Shown one piece after another: positions 1 to 11,038 of a stretch of 35,386 nt of DNA (positions are counted from its first letter, which is position 1; the number at the start of each line of letters is the position of its first letter). Source of the stretch: Reclinomonas americana ATCC 50394. Its lineage: Eukaryota. Position numbers and translations under genes: made by a program. Where the stretch lies: the NCBI GenBank assembly GCA_048213135.1, contig PS015356.1, positions 25,328-60,713 of the forward strand, in the 5' to 3' direction. The notes beneath the pieces are model-generated. The model was not told where the DNA came from. It searched no databases and saw only the letters and a program-made list of their open reading frames with translations.

Positions 1-35
<35 letters not shown>
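1..35. repeat. (GA)n microsatellite
   Basis: Perfect GA dinucleotide run at the window start, probably intronic or upstream of Fis1. Confidence 0.95.
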
Positions 36-38
<3 letters not shown>

Positions 39-127
39 GCAGAAAGAGAGAGGTCGAGGAGCGATTGACAATCACCAACGCCCATTCGAACATTCCTCAC
101 TCTCTTCTCTCCGTCTCACACATATAG

Positions 128-514
128 GCGGCCACCGAGCGATATGCCACCTCCGACCGCGCGCCCATTGACCAATTCCAATACGCCACCGCTCTCGTGT
201 GGAGCCCGGTGAACTCACAGATTCCACACGGTCTGTCGCTGCTGGCGGCGCTGCGCAGTCGCGACTTGTACGTGCGCGAGGTGTTGTATGAGATCGGGTG
301 CGGCATGTATCGGCTGGGCCAGTACGCCGAGTGCCTGCGTGTGGTCGATGATATGCTGGCAATTTGCGATGATTCGTCGCAGGCGGAGCGGCTGCGTGAG
401 GCGGCGGAGACCAAGCTGAGGGTGGACGGGAAGCGCGGGTGGGGCCTGATTGTCGGGGCGGCGGCGGTGGCTGTCGCGGGCGCGGTGGCGATTGGCAAGT
501 TGAGGAAGAAGTAA
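128..514 (+). CDS. FIS1: Mitochondrial/peroxisomal fission protein Fis1, terminal exon (5' part not resolved)
   Basis: Acceptor catatag at 127, then AATERYATSDRAPIDQFQYATALVWSPVNSQIPHGLSLL..REVLYEIGCGMYRLGQY..SSQAERLREAAETKLRVDG. This is the two-TPR Fis1 pattern, followed by a tail anchor (GWGLIVGAAAVAVAGAVAIG) and basic end KLRKK-TAA. Confidence 0.85.
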   Translation, partial: AATERYATSDRAPIDQFQYATALVWSPVNSQIPHGLSLLAALRSRDLYVREVLYEIGCGMYRLGQYAECLRVVDDMLAICDDSSQAERLREAAETKLRVDGKRGWGLIVGAAAVAVAGAVAIGKLRKK

Positions 515-636
515 CAACAACTCAAACAACGGTGGTACATTTTTTTCACATCAATCATTAACACGTGAGAGGAGAAACCTTAACGCCAAACACACACACA
601 CGCAAAAGCAAAACAAGGGAGAAGGGGGAGGATTTT

Positions 637-1212
637 TTAGTGCAGCTTTTGAACAAGAACCGGCAACTTGGTCACCGCGCTCGACTTGACGGGCGACCGG
701 TGGTGGTGGTGGTGGTGATGCTGCTGCTGTTGCATCGACTGTACAATGAGCGGGTGCGGCAGGGGCGCCTGTGGAGCTGGCAGGTGGTGATGATGGTGCT
801 GCTGCTGCTGCTGCGGGAAGTGATGGTGCTGCTGTTGCTGCTGTTGGGAGGCCCCAGCGGCCAGCATCGACATCATCGCCGAGAGAATGGGTGGAGGTGG
901 GGCGTGGTGTGGGGAGCCGAGTGTGGCACCGAGCTCGCGCGCCGTCGCCGCCACCCACTTGCTGGTGGTGGCACGACGGGCGGTGGCCGAGGTCGTCAGG
1001 GCAGAGGGCGGCGACAGGGCAGACGATGCGCTGGCACCGATTGCTCCCTGTGTCGCCGCACTAATGGTGAGCTCGCGGGCCGTCGACGGACCCGTGGCCA
1101 CCACACGCCGCTTGTGCGCAGCAGCCGAGGCAGCTGTGCACGAGGCTGGCGGCGACAGCGGGCCGACCTTCAGTGGCGGCACCGGGCGAGCGCAGCGCGC
1201 CACATCGTCCAA
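637..1212 (-). CDS. 3' end of an unknown protein with a low-complexity Ala/Ser/Pro and poly-Gln/poly-His tail
   Basis: Open frame from the gap edge to TAA at 637-639, with Q/H runs (QQQQQQHHHFPQQQQQHHHHH). An A/T-richer spacer follows, convergent with Fis1. No domain recognised. Confidence 0.55.
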   Translation of the reverse strand: MDDVARCARPVPPLKVGPLSPPASCTAASAAAHKRRVVATGPSTARELTISAATQGAIGASASSALSPPSALTTSATARRATTSKWVAATARELGATLGSPHHAPPPPILSAMMSMLAAGASQQQQQQHHHFPQQQQQHHHHHLPAPQAPLPHPLIVQSMQQQQHHHHHHHRSPVKSSAVTKLPVLVQKLH

Positions 1213-1528
1213 NNNNNNNNNNNNNNNNNNNNNNNNNNNNNNNNNNNNNNNNNNNNNNNNNNNNNNNNNNNNNNNNNNNNNNNNNNNNNNNNNNNNNNNN
1301 NNNNNNNNNNNNNNNNNNNNNNNNNNNNNNNNNNNNNNNNNNNNNNNNNNNNNNNNNNNNNNNNNNNNNNNNNNNNNNNNNNNNNNNNNNNNNNNNNNNN
1401 NNNNNNNNNNNNNNNNNNNNNNNNNNNNNNNNNNNNNNNNNNNNNNNNNNNNNNNNNNNNNNNNNNNNNNNNNNNNNNNNNNNNNNNNNNNNNNNNNNNN
1501 NNNNNNNNNNNNNNNNNNNNNNNNNNNN

Positions 1529-1797
1529 TCTCGGTCTTCCTCTTCTTCTGGGCCGTCATGGGCAACCTGACCTACGGCATCTCCATTTTCATCTTTGGCA
1601 AGTCGCTGGGACCCTCGGTGCCATGGCTCGTCGGCTCCCTCGGCACCCTCGCCTTCGACTTCACCATCATCACGCAGAGCTTCTGCTACGGCTCCGGACC
1701 CTCACAGGCCACCGCCGACGGTGGCAAGTTCAGCAAGATCCCCGACACACCCAGTGGCCCGCCCGCCGCTCTAAGGAAACACGCTTCGGCGGTCTAA
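1529..1797 (+). CDS. PQ-loop (SLC66/PQLC2/Ypq-like) lysosomal/vacuolar amino-acid transporter, 3' end
   Basis: SVFLFFWAVMGNLTYGISIF..PWLVGSLGTLAFDFTIITQSFCY matches the last two helices of PQLC2/Ypq proteins; TAA at 1795-1797. Confidence 0.8.
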
Positions 1798-2049
1798 CAT
1801 AGAATACGTATCCACTCCTCTCCTCTCTCTTTTTGTTTTGTTTTGTTTTGTATGAGGCCATTTAGTAACTATCTGATAAACACGTTTGCGTCAATCTTGC
1901 ATCCAAAATCCGCGACACATCGATTGTGTCAGACGACCAGAACTCCGCCGTGTTTCCAGCTTGTGTGAAGAAGAGAAGAGATAGACACTGTGTGTGTGTG
2001 CAAACAGAGTGCAGTGTGTGAGTGAGAGTGCGCACGTGCGTGTGTGATC

Positions 2050-2163
2050 ATGACGACCCCCGCATGCGTGGAGCGCATTGAGGCACTCACACACACTCCA
2101 CTGGTGTGCCTCTCCCCACTCTCTCTCTCCCTTCTCTCACTGACACTAGCACTCACACGTGCA

Positions 2164-2195
<32 letters not shown>

Positions 2196-4595
2196 GGTGG
2201 CCAACCAGTTCTACATCAGTTCACTGCGCGTGGTGGAGTTCATATTAGCATTCTCAGCACTCGTGTGCTTCATCGTGCGTACACACACACACTCTCACTC
2301 CTCCCTCTACTCTCCCTCACACTCAAGCTGATCATTCCCTCTCCCTCATCCATGCATCATCATTCATTCGTTCAGATTTTGCTGCGCATTCAACACTACC
2401 GCTTCTTCCGCGGACGATCGCGCGTGCTCACCATGTTCATCTGCCTCCTCTTCCTCTGTTACAACACCTGGGGACTCTTCACGTACTACATCACCTCCGG
2501 ACCGTGCATCATACTCGGCGTGTCGGCCATGATCTTTTACCCGCTCATCACGTGGGCGCAGATCTTGCGGTGTGTCGTCTGTCTCTCTCCTCCTCAACTC
2601 CTCTTGCATCTCGTCCTTGACACACACACGCGCCGCATGCAGCACTGCGCGACTGCTGGTGGTGTTTCGTTTGAATCGAGTGCGCGCTGATCTGGCACTT
2701 TTGCGCGAGGTGCCGCCGGGTGCGGAAATGGGAACCACGAGCTCGGTCGGCGATGCGTTGAGCGGGGACGATGCACCGCTGTCGCCGTTGACGTCGCCGT
2801 CGGTGATTACGTCGTCGACGGCAGAGTCGGTGATGCAGCCGGTGCCGGCCGAGGTCAAGGCCACGGAGACACTGTCGTACTCCAAGTATGTGTCGGAGCC
2901 GTACATGCTCATGTATGTGCTGGCGCCGTTGCCGTTGCAGCTGGGACTCTTCATTTCGGGTGTGTGGTGGATGGCCCCCGGCAGTGACATTGGCCGCCTG
3001 GATCAGAACTGGTGTCGGTGTACCGACATTTTGCGGTCGCTGCAGATTGTTGAGTGCTCTCCCGTCACCGCCCTTTTACCCTCCCGTCTTTTTCTCATTT
3101 TTTTGGCCTGCACAGGCCGTGTCGGCATTCATCACCGCGCAAGTGGTGGTGCTCACTTCGCTGACGATTGCCGCTCGCAACGTGCGCGACGTGTGGTGGA
3201 TCAAGCTGGAGGCCGTGGCCATCACCATTGCGTGCATCACCTTGCTGATTCCGAGTCTCGGTATTGTGTTTGCCACCGGATCGTTTGCCTTTGCCGTTCG
3301 CACCTCCTCTGCCGTGCTCCTCTACTGTTGCGTGCGCGCGAGCTCCATCTTTTCCGTGCAGTCCACACGATTGACTCACACACTCTCTTCACGCAGTGTT
3401 CATCTCCTGTGTCTTTGTCATCTCTGTCGTGGTGCCTGTGGTGCTGGCCTACCGGCATCGTCAAAATGTGCGACAGTTCGCGTCGGGCTCGCTGGCCACG
3501 GCCTTCAATGCCAGTGCGCGCGACAGCATGGGCTGGGAGATGCAGACAAAGTTGCTGCCGGTAGAGTCGTTTGATCAAATCATGGGCGATCACCGGTCAC
3601 GCTCCCTCTTCCGCGAATAGTTGTGTTGTCTTCTTTCTCCTTTTGTCGTCCTCCGCGTTTGGCACATCTCTCATCGCCGCAAACACTGCAGTCTACTGCA
3701 GGAGCTGGCGGTGGAGAATCTGTGCTTTGTGGAGGAGATCGAGTTGCTGCGCAAGGAGATCAAGGGCGCGCACAGTCGCATGCTGCGCCGAACTCGACGA
3801 GGACAGCCGCCGCAAGCCATTGACTCACTTGAACCGATTCGCTCACACTGCGAGCGCATCTACCGCGATTTCATCTGCGCCGGCGGCTGCCAGGAACTGA
3901 ACATCTCGGCTCGTGTAGCTGCCGAACTGCACATCATCATGAACATGGCGGTCGACGAACGGCCGCCGCTGTGCGACGTGCTGACGGTGACGCTGAATCA
4001 GTCGCAGTCGGCCAACGAGGCCATGCTCCGCCGACCGACCGTCGTACACTCGCCGTCGGTGGCGAGCTCCGTATTTGTCTCGTCGCACACGCTGCTGACG
4101 CCGCCCCCGGACGACGTGTCGGCTACCGACAGCCCGCAGCAGGAGGGACCTGTCGGTGGCGCCTCGCCACCGCCCCCATCACCGCCAAGGTCGGGACACC
4201 GCCACCAACCTTCGCGCTCCTTTGGTGGCCTGGCGGTGGATGTCGTAAGTGGTGACCGGCCAGTGACGGGCGATGCCGGCGGCTCGGTTGCCTTTGTAGT
4301 AGTCACCATGTTTGATCGTGTGGTCGCCGAGGTCTTGTTGACACTAAGGTACGGGTGCCAGCGACGCAAAGCTCATTTTGTGTTTTCGGTCGATCACCCA
4401 TGCCTTTCCCACAGAGTCGACTCGTATCGGAGATTCATCCTCAGCCCTGGTACGCTTCTATTCTTGTTCTTGTTGTCGTCGCCACCGTCCATTCATTCCT
4501 CTCGCTGTTGTGGCAGACTTCCGGCGATACATTGCCGCCGAGCGTGAATACGTGGCAGCTGCATTACGGGGGCGCTTTGTGTTGCGTACTTTTGT
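2050..4595 (+). CDS. 7TM-RGS protein (seven-helix membrane domain fused to a regulator of G-protein signalling domain); multi-exon, 3' end runs into the gap
   Basis: Spliced frame gives seven hydrophobic segments, with RNVRDVWWIKLE before TM6 and VISVVVPVVLAY at the end of TM7. RGS motifs follow: FDQIMGDHRSRSLFREYLLQELAVENLCFVEEI, IYRDFICAGGCQELNIS, MFDRVVAEVLLTLRVDSYRRFILSPDF. Confidence 0.85.
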
Positions 4596-5579
4596 NNNNN
4601 NNNNNNNNNNNNNNNNNNNNNNNNNNNNNNNNNNNNNNNNNNNNNNNNNNNNNNNNNNNNNNNNNNNNNNNNNNNNNNNNNNNNNNNNNNNNNNNNNNNN
4701 NNNNNNNNNNNNNNNNNNNNNNNNNNNNNNNNNNNNNNNNNNNNNNNNNNNNNNNNNNNNNNNNNNNNNNNNNNNNNNNNNNNNNNNNNNNNNNNNNNNN
4801 NNNNNNNNNNNNNNNNNNNNNNNNNNNNNNNNNNNNNNNNNNNNNNNNNNNNNNNNNNNNNNNNNNNNNNNNNNNNNNNNNNNNNNNNNNNNNNNNNNNN
4901 NNNNNNNNNNNNNNNNNNNNNNNNNNNNNNNNNNNNNNNNNNNNNNNNNNNNNNNNNNNNNNNNNNNNNNNNNNNNNNNNNNNNNNNNNNNNNNNNNNNN
5001 NNNNNNNNNNNNNNNNNNNNNNNNNNNNNNNNNNNNNNNNNNNNNNNNNNNNNNNNNNNNNNNNNNNNNNNNNNNNNNNNNNNNNNNNNNNNNNNNNNNN
5101 NNNNNNNNNNNNNNNNNNNNNNNNNNNNNNNNNNNNNNNNNNNNNNNNNNNNNNNNNNNNNNNNNNNNNNNNNNNNNNNNNNNNNNNNNNNNNNNNNNNN
5201 NNNNNNNNNNNNNNNNNNNNNNNNNNNNNNNNNNNNNNNNNNNNNNNNNNNNNNNNNNNNNNNNNNNNNNNNNNNNNNNNNNNNNNNNNNNNNNNNNNNN
5301 NNNNNNNNNNNNNNNNNNNNNNNNNNNNNNNNNNNNNNNNNNNNNNNNNNNNNNNNNNNNNNNNNNNNNNNNNNNNNNNNNNNNNNNNNNNNNNNNNNNN
5401 NNNNNNNNNNNNNNNNNNNNNNNNNNNNNNNNNNNNNNNNNNGTACTACTTCTGCTGGTTGCTGCTGGACGAAGAAAAACTCACAAATCATCCTTTTTTT
5501 CGACTCGACAGATAAACAACAATTAGTGTATGTGCGTGTAATACAAGGTGAAAATAAACAAATATGTGACACTGTTTTG

Positions 5580-8500
5580 CTACCCGCGCAGAAACATGCC
5601 CTGTGCCGGCACCAGTAGATTATCCGAAATCTGTTGTGAACATAAAACATCAGCAAGGAGCGACGAGAATGATACACGAAGCAGCGCGCGTACCTGACCC
5701 ACTGTGCCTTGCAGCAACTGAATGGTTTTCGGTCCCGCCACGCCGTCGGCAAAGAGTCCGCAGGCAGCCTGGAAGACCTGGATGAGCGGCGCCAGCTCGT
5801 CCTCCATGTGCACCACCGCGCTCAGTTGCGTGCCGAATGCCATGGCCGGGTCGCGAACATGGTACATGGTGAAGGGGCGACCGAGGAGCTTGGCCAGACG
5901 CTCTTGCATCACCTCCGGGGACATGGAGGCGTGAATGCCTGAACGCACGGACAGCACCAATCAGTGATGCGCACAGAAACCACACTTTCCACGGCGGGGG
6001 ACGCACCGAGAGTGGAGAGCCACAAACGCAGTTGTTGGATGCGTCGTCGCAGTGCGCGGAATGTGTCGACATCCAGCCGCCCCACCAGCAGCTGCGAGTG
6101 TCGCGGGGTGCTCATCGACGCCATGGACGACGAGGCGGAGAGTGTGGGCGAGGTGAAAATGCCGCTCTGCAGGAGCGAGAATAAACACACACGAGGAACG
6201 AAGAATCGCGACAACTGCTGCAACAGTACCTCACGGTGACCAAGAAAGGAGCCATCACGGCGACCCAAGAATGACCCCGACTGCTGCAGCGCTGCAGAGG
6301 CTCGCGTCGCCATTGGTGACGTGGACATGAAGCTCTGAGAGAGCGACGACGCGAGACTGTCGGCGATCGAGTCTGCATCGGAGATTTCCGAGACACGAAA
6401 GCCGTTCGTCTGCATTCCCCCCATACATGGTTAGCAGCAGCCCGCGGCAGTTGCGATAGAAGGGCGGTCGACGCAACTCGATTGTAATCCTCCTGAAACT
6501 GGAACAGACCGCGTCGAGTCACTGCATCGAGAATGCCGTGCGCCCTCGGTGCCGCACAGCAGTACCTGCAATGTCACGAGTCAGGGTGGATCGGAGGCGA
6601 TAAAGAACAACCAGGACACGCACCCCAAGCGAAACAAGCTGCGCTGCACCACACGCACGACAGCGCGGCAGCGTACAATGCCCTCGTCGAGCAGTGCTGG
6701 ATCGACGGTTACATCAACGTCAGCGGCCGAGCTGCCAGCCGGCGGCATTGCTCGCGGAAACTGGTCAAAAAACACGGTCGCGGCCTGGCTGCCAGCGGCA
6801 GCCGACGAGGGCACAACTCCCAGCGCTCGCGTGGTCGACGATCCCAGTGCGTGCGACAGTGCTTCCACTGGATCCGTCAACACCAGCGGTCGCTGAGGCC
6901 TGTGCAGATTCAAATCCGCCGCCTCCATGTCTAGCTCCTCCACGGGAGAACCTTCCGATGTTTCTGTCCCCGGTTCCGCGCCTCTCGCGCCCCCAACAGG
7001 CATGGGTAATGCCCATTCCTGTGAGTCGTGCCGCTGAGCCGGCATGGGCATTCGGCGCGCCGGATGCCGAAACGACGACGAGAATGCGGTAATGGCATCC
7101 ATCGGTGCTCTGCAGCATATGAGACGAATGAGAGCCAGCATCGCAGCAAGTCTGGTCGTCGACACGCACCCTTGCTGCCGCGATCGCAGCAGTGTCTTGA
7201 TCGAGCCCACAAGGCTGTCGGGGAAATCCTCGCGCAGGCGCTGCAATGTGAAGGCACTGCTCGAGAAGAAACAGCGGTCGTGAGAGGGAAGAACACCGGT
7301 GGGCTCGACACGCCTGCTTCACGCAACTCGATGCACTTGCTGACTGGGAGCATGCTCGGTAGCGGCGAATCCGGCGGGTACATGGTCACCAGTGCCATGT
7401 ATGTGTTCACCAGGTTCTCGTAGGCGTCGAAATCTCCATTCGGAACCTCTATGAAGGGATGCGCCACGTCCCAGTTATCCTCGTGTGACATGAACTGATG
7501 GGAGAAGTGTCAGAGAGGAACATAAAGGATATGATTTAAACAACTCCGACGCACCTCTTGCAAATCGGTCACACAGAGCACACGGCCGAGAGACGTCACG
7601 AGTGGGGACGCTCCGATGGCATTCCTGGCGCTCAGGAGTGAGGGAAGGTCAAGCAAAACATCTGATAATCAGTGGGGAGAGACGCAACGCAAAGAACAAG
7701 CGCTCCATGGCCTCACGCTGCACGAGTGGCATGGTGCTCTTGCCGTTGAAGAGGACGACTGTGACACGATCTTGCTCATTGTCTGTGGCACGCGCGCTGA
7801 CAGTGAGACAGTGGTTGCAGCTCTGTCGCATCAATACCAAATACCTGTTTTGACCAACACCGTGTGCTGCAGGCGAGGTGCGTGCTGCAGCCACTTGGTG
7901 ACCACATACAACTTGAAGCCGGTGAGCACACATAACCGCTCGTAGATGTGGATCTCCCGCGACAAGGCAGCAAAGGCGACCATGCTGAGAAGGTTCAGAG
8001 TCAGACACACCCACATCTGAAACAAGTGCAGACAACGCGGCAGCTACTTCACCTGCGTCGCTCGGGAGAAATCAGTGGCATCCACTCACGCGACGTGCTG
8101 ACGCTGGTGATCTGGTCGTCGGTGATGGTCATGAGGTAGGAGACGGCGGCCTCCAGCGAGCTAAAGTGATACCTGTGCAGGACAAAATGAGTGAGGATCA
8201 TCATCACCGCACGCAGAACAAGACGGCACTGACAGCACGCACCCCATTTCGCCATTCAGGCATGCGGGGGCTGCGAACTGACGAACAAACTCCAACTGCG
8301 ACACCATTTGCGTCACATTGGCCTTCAGGACCACGTAGATCCACACCGGCAGAAAGTCGTCGGAGCAAATGGCACCTGTTGCATGCGCAGGTGGATGAGA
8401 AGCTGCGTGTGGAAAGCCACCTTCCCCTTCACACCACACACAAACACACACCAGCACCGAGTTCGCCTTGCTTCGTGAACACAGCCTGAGCGGCCGTCAG

Positions 8501-11005
8501 CACCACCTTGAGCTTGCGCGTTGGCGAGTGCGCAAAGTACAGGGCACGCAGGCAGGCAATGGCATCCGCATACGGAATGAGCTCGTTGCTCCAGTACTGC
8601 GAACCCATGTGCAACTCGGCTTGCGAACAATGTGCAAACTGAACTCACAAACACACGCAGAAATTGAGTCAATCGCTAACGCAGCGTAAGACGCTGCTGC
8701 TGACTTCCTCCAACCTTCTGGCACTGCTTGGCAAAAAACTCATCGTCCTGCTTGTTTTCGACCGCCTTCAGGCACAAGTGTGAGAGGCGTCGAAAGAGGA
8801 TCTCCTCTATCGTAAAGTTGACTTCGTCTTCCGACAGGTCTTCCATCTCGTCCGGGTACGTTTGGTGCAGGTACTGGTCAAGAGTGTGTCAGTCAACATG
8901 CACATGGGTGGTGGAAGGAGGAGGACAGAGGCGCTCAACATCAGCAAAATCCTCGATAAAGTACCGCGTCTGAGACACGCGCTTCTCCGTCACGTCCTTG
9001 GTGTCGAATGCCTGCACATTACCGCACACGTCAACGACACTGCGCACGTCACCAACTCGCCAACCGCCACCAAACCTCGCGAATGCAGTCCGACACGAAT
9101 CGCAGCAGTAAACTACACACAGCCATCAACAGTCATGACGCAAAGCTCGAAACCCGCGGCAACACAGTTGCATCTCACGCACCCGGTGGCTGGATTCTTC
9201 GGGTCATCCAACAGATCGCTGACAAAATTGGGTCCGCGCGGCTCTGCGACACTGCGTTAGCGAACCACACATTGTATTCCCACTCGAGAATTCGCGTATC
9301 ATCACACACCGTGTTCATCACCGCGCGACAGAAACGTACGAAAGTCACGGCCGAGACCGGTGAGGAATTCGGCCCTTCTCTGGTTGAGTTCCTCGCGAAT
9401 GGCGCGCAGCCGCTGGAAGCGAATGTATTCACGCTCCAGCTCGTGCAAAATGGCATTTAGCGATTCCTGCGCACGATACGGGGTTGAGGGGAGCTCTCGT
9501 CTCGCCTATCTCTCCTCTGGGGATCACGCACCACTCGCTGATCCTGTGTAATGTCGTTCTGCAGCAGTGCCATGAGCAGGTCCACCACCAATTCACGCAA
9601 CACGTCCTGCCTCCTCCGCAGCTGTGCAGCCAGCAAGTGCTGCATCATCACGACCATGAGTCCTCGCAACCACACGCGAGTGCCTGCACAAAAACGCACC
9701 GATTCTCCCGCGGCATCGCTCGGTGAATCCGCCGCCACTTGTCCGGTGGCGATCAGCAGACGCAACTGCGCGAGCCACACACATACACACACGCTGAGTC
9801 GCCAATCACGGGAGAGAGAGAGAGCCCTGACTACCACCCCCGCCGCAACTTCCGGCATGGCCGCCTGCTCCGCCTCGTCGCAGATGGCGAAAAAGTCCTC
9901 GGGCGACGAACGCACTTGCGCGAGACGCTCCTGCGCCAACTCGGCCCGCAAATTGGCCAACAGAATACGCTTGCCGAGCACCTGCGCACGCAGCACCGTG
10001 GCGCGCTGCTCCAGAAACTTCGGGTCAAACAGGTCGACCATTGTCTTGCCGCCGCTGCCACTCGGCGTGCCCTGCGCCGGCACCTGCAACAGTTTCGGCA
10101 GCTGTGTCGCCGTGATGGATCTGATACCACAGATGAGCATCGCTTCCACACACAGAGTGGGTCAAAGTCGGGAGAGAGGCGTACCCACGCAGTCGTCGCC
10201 GTGTTCGCTCCGGACTCACCGCCGACGCCAAGTACACCGACTTGCCGGCCTGCTGTCGTACTGTGCGTGCCGAGGGCTTGGTCGACAGCGGAGCCGACGA
10301 CTCGCCACTGCGCACATCGATACAGGCATGAGCGACAGGAGAGAGAAAGCAGGCGGAGGTAGTAGAAGAGGACCTTGCTTGCGTGGACCACGCCGAAGTC
10401 GCCGACTCAAACGAGGCCATGGGCGACGTCTGCGTCGACGAGGCCTCCAGCATCGACGGGATGCTCAGTGCATCCGAGCGCGGCACCACCGACTTGCGAT
10501 ACTGCGCCACTGTGAAACACACATATGATTGAGCACACTGAAAGAGAGAGACGCGACACACACAAACCATTTGCCGGTGGCACCACCGGCTCCGCCAGTC
10601 GCGCAGACCGTACCAGTCGACCTGCACAACCCCTCAATGAGCACGCACGTCTTTATCTCTCTCTCTCACACGCAAACACACTCACCTCCTGCCACCTCTC
10701 TCCTCTCACTCATCTCCGCCACTGCAAACACCGCTCCCGCAGCTGCTGTCGCCTGTTGTTGTTGTTGTTGCTGTTGTCGCGGCAGCTCATACACTTGATC
10801 CACTAAACCCTCCTCTTCCACTGCAATCGCCAGTGCGTCGCTCTCCAGTCGCGCAGCCTCAGTCAGCCGCTCAAGAGCCTCGCTCACCCACTCGCACACT
10901 ACATGCGACCTGCGTGTGCCATACATGGTGAGACACACACAGAGAGAGGCGCAAGCGGGTGAGAGAGACATACCGAGGCAACTGCAGCTCCACAGCGCCC
11001 TCCAT
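5580..11005 (-). CDS. VPS9-domain Rab5-family GEF with N-terminal coiled-coil/low-complexity region and C-terminal STB6-like / peptidoglycan-binding-like region; multi-exon
   Basis: First exon MEGAVELQLPR (ATG 11005; alternative in-frame ATG 11032). Helical bundle TIEEILFRRL..DDEFFAKQC, then VPS9 motifs AHSPTRKLKVV, GAICSDDFLPVWIYVVLKAN, GEMGYHFSSLEAAVSYL (about 8120-8600). Then LTGFKLYVVTKW, LGRVLCVTDLQEF, FIEVPNGDF, VQRSLFRLGY..GILDAVTRRGLFQFQ, IQVFQAACGLFADGVAGPKTIQLL; TAG at 5580-5582. Some internal exon boundaries are uncertain. Confidence 0.8.
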
Positions 11006-11038
11006 TGCGGTGTCCTGTGTGCCCCGTATCATGCGATA
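11006..11038. promoter_or_regulatory. Very short head-to-head interval (putative bidirectional promoter or overlapping 5' UTRs)
   Basis: Minus-strand ATG at 11005 and plus-strand ATG at 11039, each followed by a short exon and a phase-compatible GT-AG intron. Confidence 0.45.

Noticed and set aside
1213-1528. Two gene 5' ends apparently squeezed into a 316-nt gap
   Set aside because: Too small for the missing PQ-loop helices plus another gene start; indicates unreliable gap sizes or joins, not biology.
565-1797. 410-aa plus-strand ORF spanning the first gap
   Set aside because: Artefact of reading through Ns: the left part is antisense to the Q/H-rich gene and the right part is a PQ-loop 3' end.
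3601-3690. In-frame stops in conserved domains suggesting pseudogenes or a variant genetic code (e.g. FRE-TAG in RGS)
   Set aside because: The stops examined are removed by GT-AG introns that restore the motif (FREYLLQE); TAA, TAG and TGA are all used as true terminators.
8700-10150. RasGAP domain as in GAPVD1/RME-6 upstream of VPS9
   Set aside because: Spliced sequence shows coiled-coil and the pre-VPS9 helical bundle only; no RasGAP motif recognised.
9551-10528. Long antisense ORFs (also 11029-11907, 26685-27689 and others)
   Set aside because: Expected shadows of GC-rich coding sequence; no motifs or splice structure of their own.
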